A DNA stretch of 45,511 bases from Verrucomicrobiota bacterium. Lineage in GTDB: Bacteria; Verrucomicrobiota; Verrucomicrobiia; Opitutales; UBA953. Within the stretch, counting starts at the first letter, position 1. The number at the start of each line of letters is the position of its first letter. Where the stretch lies: NCBI GenBank assembly GCA_041167995.1, contig JBEELT010000001.1:1-45511 (forward strand), read 5' to 3'. This document shows positions 42,338 to 45,511 of the stretch, one piece after another. A program made the translations under genes and the position numbers. Below the pieces are notes generated by a model, which was given only the letters and a program-made list of their open reading frames with translations, had not been told where the DNA came from and ran no database searches.

Positions 42338-44416
42338 TCAACGGCCGTTGTCGAGGCTTTTGACCGCCGGCAGCGTGAAGTCCTCGCCCAGGAAGATCTT
42401 CGGGCGCACGACCTGGTCGGGCGCCGCCTGGTCCGAAGCGGAGTCCATGCGCCACCCCTTGGTCCGGAAGTCGTAGATGACTTCCTTGGCGGGGACGCCC
42501 TCGATGCCGGCGCGGGTCCGCAGACGGGCATCGCCGGTGAGACGGGCCACCCCTTCCTCAGGCTTGACCTCGAGCACCCGGCCCCGGGCGGCGGCGTCCC
42601 CGGCGAGCGCGTTGACGTTACCGCGACCGACCAGAAGACGGGCGACCAGCCGCCCCTTCTTGTCCGGGGACACGAGGCCCTCGAGCAGGTCGCAGGTGGC
42701 CTCGACGCCGTCCGCCTTCATCCCCACGTTGCCCCGCAGGAAGAACTTGGCCCCGTCCGTGCCGGCCAGGATCTCCTGGGAGTCGGCCACGAAATCCGCC
42801 TTCTTGCCGTCGGCGAACTGGACGAAGAGCCGCGGCCGCGTGGACTCCGCGCCGCCGGAAAGGTTGAGCAGCCGGGGGCGACCGGTGAGGCGATTCTTGA
42901 GGAGAACCTCTTCGATGGCGACGTTCGGCACGTAGTCGACGCGTTCCGCCGCGCACGCCAGACCAGGTTGCACGTAGGTCACCTTGCCGGTCAGGAAGAC
43001 CTTGCTGAGGACATGGCCGGTCTTGAACGGCTTGGAGAAGGCGACCAGTCGATCCGACTGCGCCGTCATGAGGCCGGAGACATAGCGCACGGCGCCTTCG
43101 AGGTCGGCCTCGACCACCCCTTGCCGCACGGCGAGCACCACCTGATCCGCCTCGGCCTGCCCGGGCAAGGCGCCCGGGGCATCGTCGGGGGGCAAACGGA
43201 CGGCGGCGCGGACGCCGGGTGCGGATCGCACCTCGATGCGCCCACGCTTACGGTCCGAATAGATCGCGGCGCCGGTCACTTCAAACCCATCGGCTTGGCG
43301 CAGGTGCGGTCGGCCGAGCAGGCGCAACACACCCGCGGACCTTTCCCAGCGCGCTTCTTCCGACTCGAAATCGGCGTCGTCCGCCCGCCCCTTCACCCCG
43401 CCGGAAGCCCGCAGGTCGACGGTGACGCCCTTGGCTTCGGTCGCGATCAGGCGGGTAGCCTCGAGCCGATCCTTACCGGCGACATACGTCGCCCGCCCGG
43501 TCAGCTCGACCAAGGTGCGTTCGGCCTTCGCCTCCCGTCGCAGGACCACGGTCTGTCCGGCCAGCTCGGTCTCCGGTTCGTCCTGACGGGAGAGATTCAG
43601 CTTCACCGGGTGAGCCTCATCCGGCGACTGCAGGGTCGTGACGTCGAGTTTGGCTTCATGACGAAGACTCCCCGCGGTCGCGCGCAAGCCCGGCTCCGTC
43701 AAGGTGACGCCGCCGGTGAGCAGGAGACGTTCGGCTGGCAGGTCATAATCCGCCGCGGCGCCGGTCAAGGTCTGACGACCGGCGATCCGGACGACCTTGC
43801 CCTGGGCGACGATGGAGCGACAGAGGGCTTCGCCCTTCGGGCCTTCCTCGACGAGGCAGACCACCCGCTCGCAGGTCATCCGCTCGTCGCGGCGGTCGAC
43901 GACGACCTGGCCGACGAACGTGAGCTGGGTGCCGCGCTCGACCGTGGCGGCGTCGAGACGTTCCGCGCGGATGCGCGTGCGATACAGCACCGGCTTAGCG
44001 AGGTCGAGTTCAGCGGCGACCCCCGCGAGGATGGCGAAGGCGTCGCCCTGCGGCGTGGAGCGCCAGCTCCAGCCCAAACCCGACAAGTTGAACGCGGCCG
44101 AGCGGACGACGACGGGAGCGGCCCCTTGGGCGGCCTTGCGTTCGGGCGTGGCGAACCCGAAAGGAGTCGTGAAGGTGGTCTGGAGCTTACCGTCGCGGAA
44201 CGAGCGCAGCTCAATTTTCTCCATGTCCCACGTGCCCGCCTCACCGGCGGGCTTCATGCGCTCGGCGGAGAGTTCCCAGGCTTTCTCGGCCTTGGCGTCC
44301 TCCGTGAAACCGGAGAAAGAACCGCCGCCGATGTCCTGAAACTTGATCTCCTTCGGCGGGGCCGATTGCGCGCCGAGCCCCGCCGACAGGAGCAAGGACA
44401 GGAGGAGAGCGCGCAT
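42338..44416 (-). CDS. Secreted protein composed of multiple OstA/LptA-LptC-like repeats
   Basis: ATG verified at 44416. Signal peptide MRALLLSLLLSAGLGA|QS. At least five LptA-type strand signatures are present (see finding). It lies 19 nt upstream of lptB. Confidence 0.6.
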   Translation of the reverse strand: MRALLLSLLLSAGLGAQSAPPKEIKFQDIGGGSFSGFTEDAKAEKAWELSAERMKPAGEAGTWDMEKIELRSFRDGKLQTTFTTPFGFATPERKAAQGAAPVVVRSAAFNLSGLGWSWRSTPQGDAFAILAGVAAELDLAKPVLYRTRIRAERLDAATVERGTQLTFVGQVVVDRRDERMTCERVVCLVEEGPKGEALCRSIVAQGKVVRIAGRQTLTGAAADYDLPAERLLLTGGVTLTEPGLRATAGSLRHEAKLDVTTLQSPDEAHPVKLNLSRQDEPETELAGQTVVLRREAKAERTLVELTGRATYVAGKDRLEATRLIATEAKGVTVDLRASGGVKGRADDADFESEEARWERSAGVLRLLGRPHLRQADGFEVTGAAIYSDRKRGRIEVRSAPGVRAAVRLPPDDAPGALPGQAEADQVVLAVRQGVVEADLEGAVRYVSGLMTAQSDRLVAFSKPFKTGHVLSKVFLTGKVTYVQPGLACAAERVDYVPNVAIEEVLLKNRLTGRPRLLNLSGGAESTRPRLFVQFADGKKADFVADSQEILAGTDGAKFFLRGNVGMKADGVEATCDLLEGLVSPDKKGRLVARLLVGRGNVNALAGDAAARGRVLEVKPEEGVARLTGDARLRTRAGIEGVPAKEVIYDFRTKGWRMDSASDQAAPDQVVRPKIFLGEDFTLPAVKSLDNGR

Positions 44417-44455
44417 GGCAGTATGACACCGAAATCCCGCCGTCGAATCAAGCGC

Positions 44456-45484
44456 TTACGCCTTCGGCGACCGCGGGAAAGGGACCGCGCCGACCAGGGC
44501 CGGCATGGCGACCGAGGGCAGCACCTCACCGGGCGTGAGCGGATGACCGGATAGAAATTCGCCGACGGGCAACATCTTGCCGCCCGGTCGTTGCAGCCGG
44601 CTCAGCACCAGCACCCCGTCACCGCAGGCGACCCGGACCCCGCCCCGGTCCGCCGAGAGGATTGAACCGGGAGCGGCGGCGACGACCCCGGCCTCCGCCG
44701 CGGCGGCGCCGACCTTGAGGACGACACCCGCCTGTTCGAAGGTGGAACCGGGCCAACCCTCGAGGGCGCGGATGCGCGCCGCCAGGGTTTCGGCGGCGAC
44801 GCCGAAATCAAGGGCGGCATCCGCCCGCGTCAGCCGACGGGTGAAGGTGGCGGCGGACTCATCCTGCGGACACGGGAGCGAGCGGCCCGCTAGGACCTCG
44901 GGCAGCGCCGTGGCGGCCAACCGCCCGGCCAGCTCCCCCAACCGGGCGCGCAAGGCGGCGCGCCCTTCGTTAGGAAGAATCGCCAGCGTCGCCGTCGCGT
45001 GCAAAGGACCAGCGTCCAATCGCCGGACAACCTGCTGCAAGGAGACACCGGTGGTCGTCCAACCGGCCGCGAGCGCGCCTTCGATCGGCGTCGCCCCGCG
45101 CAAGGCGGGCAATGGCGAACCATGGAAATTCACGAGCCCGCGACGCGGGGCAGCGAGGAAATCATCCTTCAGGATCTGCCCATAAGCCATGACCACGCCG
45201 AGGTCGACGCCCGCGGCCGCAAGCTCGGCGGCATGCTCGGGTCCGAGGCGTTCCGGCTGACGGACGACATGACCGGCCGCACGAGCCCAGGCGGTGACCG
45301 GATTGGGCTGGATTTCCTGACCGCGCCCCGCCGGGCGATCGGGCTGCGAGTACACGGCCACGATGACGACGTCCGGCAAGGCGGCGACCGCGCGGAAAGC
45401 GGGTAGCGCGATCTCGTCGGAGCCGAGCAACACCAGACGGCGCGGAGGGTTCGTCGGGGCGGCGGGGGCCATGGCGGGGTTCAC
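44456..45484 (-). CDS. fmt: Methionyl-tRNA formyltransferase
   Basis: VLLGSDEIALP, SQPDRPAGRGQ, and NFHGSPLPALRGATPIEGAL (a variant of the NxHxSLLPxxRG motif). The listed start at 45484 is GTG; an in-frame ATG at 45472 is an alternative. Confidence 0.9.
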   Translation of the reverse strand: MNPAMAPAAPTNPPRRLVLLGSDEIALPAFRAVAALPDVVIVAVYSQPDRPAGRGQEIQPNPVTAWARAAGHVVRQPERLGPEHAAELAAAGVDLGVVMAYGQILKDDFLAAPRRGLVNFHGSPLPALRGATPIEGALAAGWTTTGVSLQQVVRRLDAGPLHATATLAILPNEGRAALRARLGELAGRLAATALPEVLAGRSLPCPQDESAATFTRRLTRADAALDFGVAAETLAARIRALEGWPGSTFEQAGVVLKVGAAAAEAGVVAAAPGSILSADRGGVRVACGDGVLVLSRLQRPGGKMLPVGEFLSGHPLTPGEVLPSVAMPALVGAVPFPRSPKA

Positions 45485-45511
45485 TTCCGAGCCTGGCGGG
45501 CGGCGCGGCCC

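Noticed and set aside
42269-44554. 761-aa plus-strand ORF
   Set aside because: It is antisense to the OstA-repeat gene and to the fmt 3' end. It has Arg/Gly/Asp-rich shadow composition and no motifs.

Overview
This is a GC-rich window (about 65% by hand-counted samples), densely packed and mostly made of housekeeping genes. The protein families point to a PVC-group bacterium, probably an Opitutales-like Verrucomicrobiota. The clearest pointer is a roughly 970-aa dehydrogenase/HEAT/cytochrome-c protein of the type typical for that group. This taxonomic call is inference only. Confidently recognisable genes are groES-groEL, rpsB-tsf, rpsO-pnp, fabG-acpP-fabF, folD, ribD, deoA, ispA, yhbY, waaA, trpD, fmt, lptB-hprK and a DEAD-box helicase. 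Also clear are two pseudouridine synthases, an M29 aminopeptidase, a Cys-type sulfatase, a CDF transporter and one tRNA-His(GTG). I found no rRNA, CRISPR array, transposase, integrase, phage gene or recognisable defence gene. Many long ORFs in the track are antisense shadow ORFs, as expected for high-GC DNA. Several listed ORFs carry spurious N-terminal extensions or non-ATG starts, and I re-anchored these on in-frame ATGs checked in the sequence. I cannot point to a clear self-contained multi-gene novel system. The best candidates for follow-up are:
- A tandem pair of secreted paralogs whose sequence resembles secretin-core strands interrupted by a PilP/GspC-like barrel (20379-21901).
- A 692-aa protein made of concatenated OstA/LptA-like repeats that replaces lptC/lptA upstream of lptB-hprK (42338-44416).
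- A lower-GC four-helix-bundle (23S-IVS/Avd-like) gene bracketed by complementary GC-rich repeats, inserted upstream of groESL (11703-12272).
- A sigma54-type -24/-12 match upstream of groES with no CIRCE operator.
- A recurrent C/A-rich CCAACCCAAA-type leader in place of a Shine-Dalgarno sequence on the most highly expressed genes.
All functional calls rest on motif recognition by eye. No database search was run.
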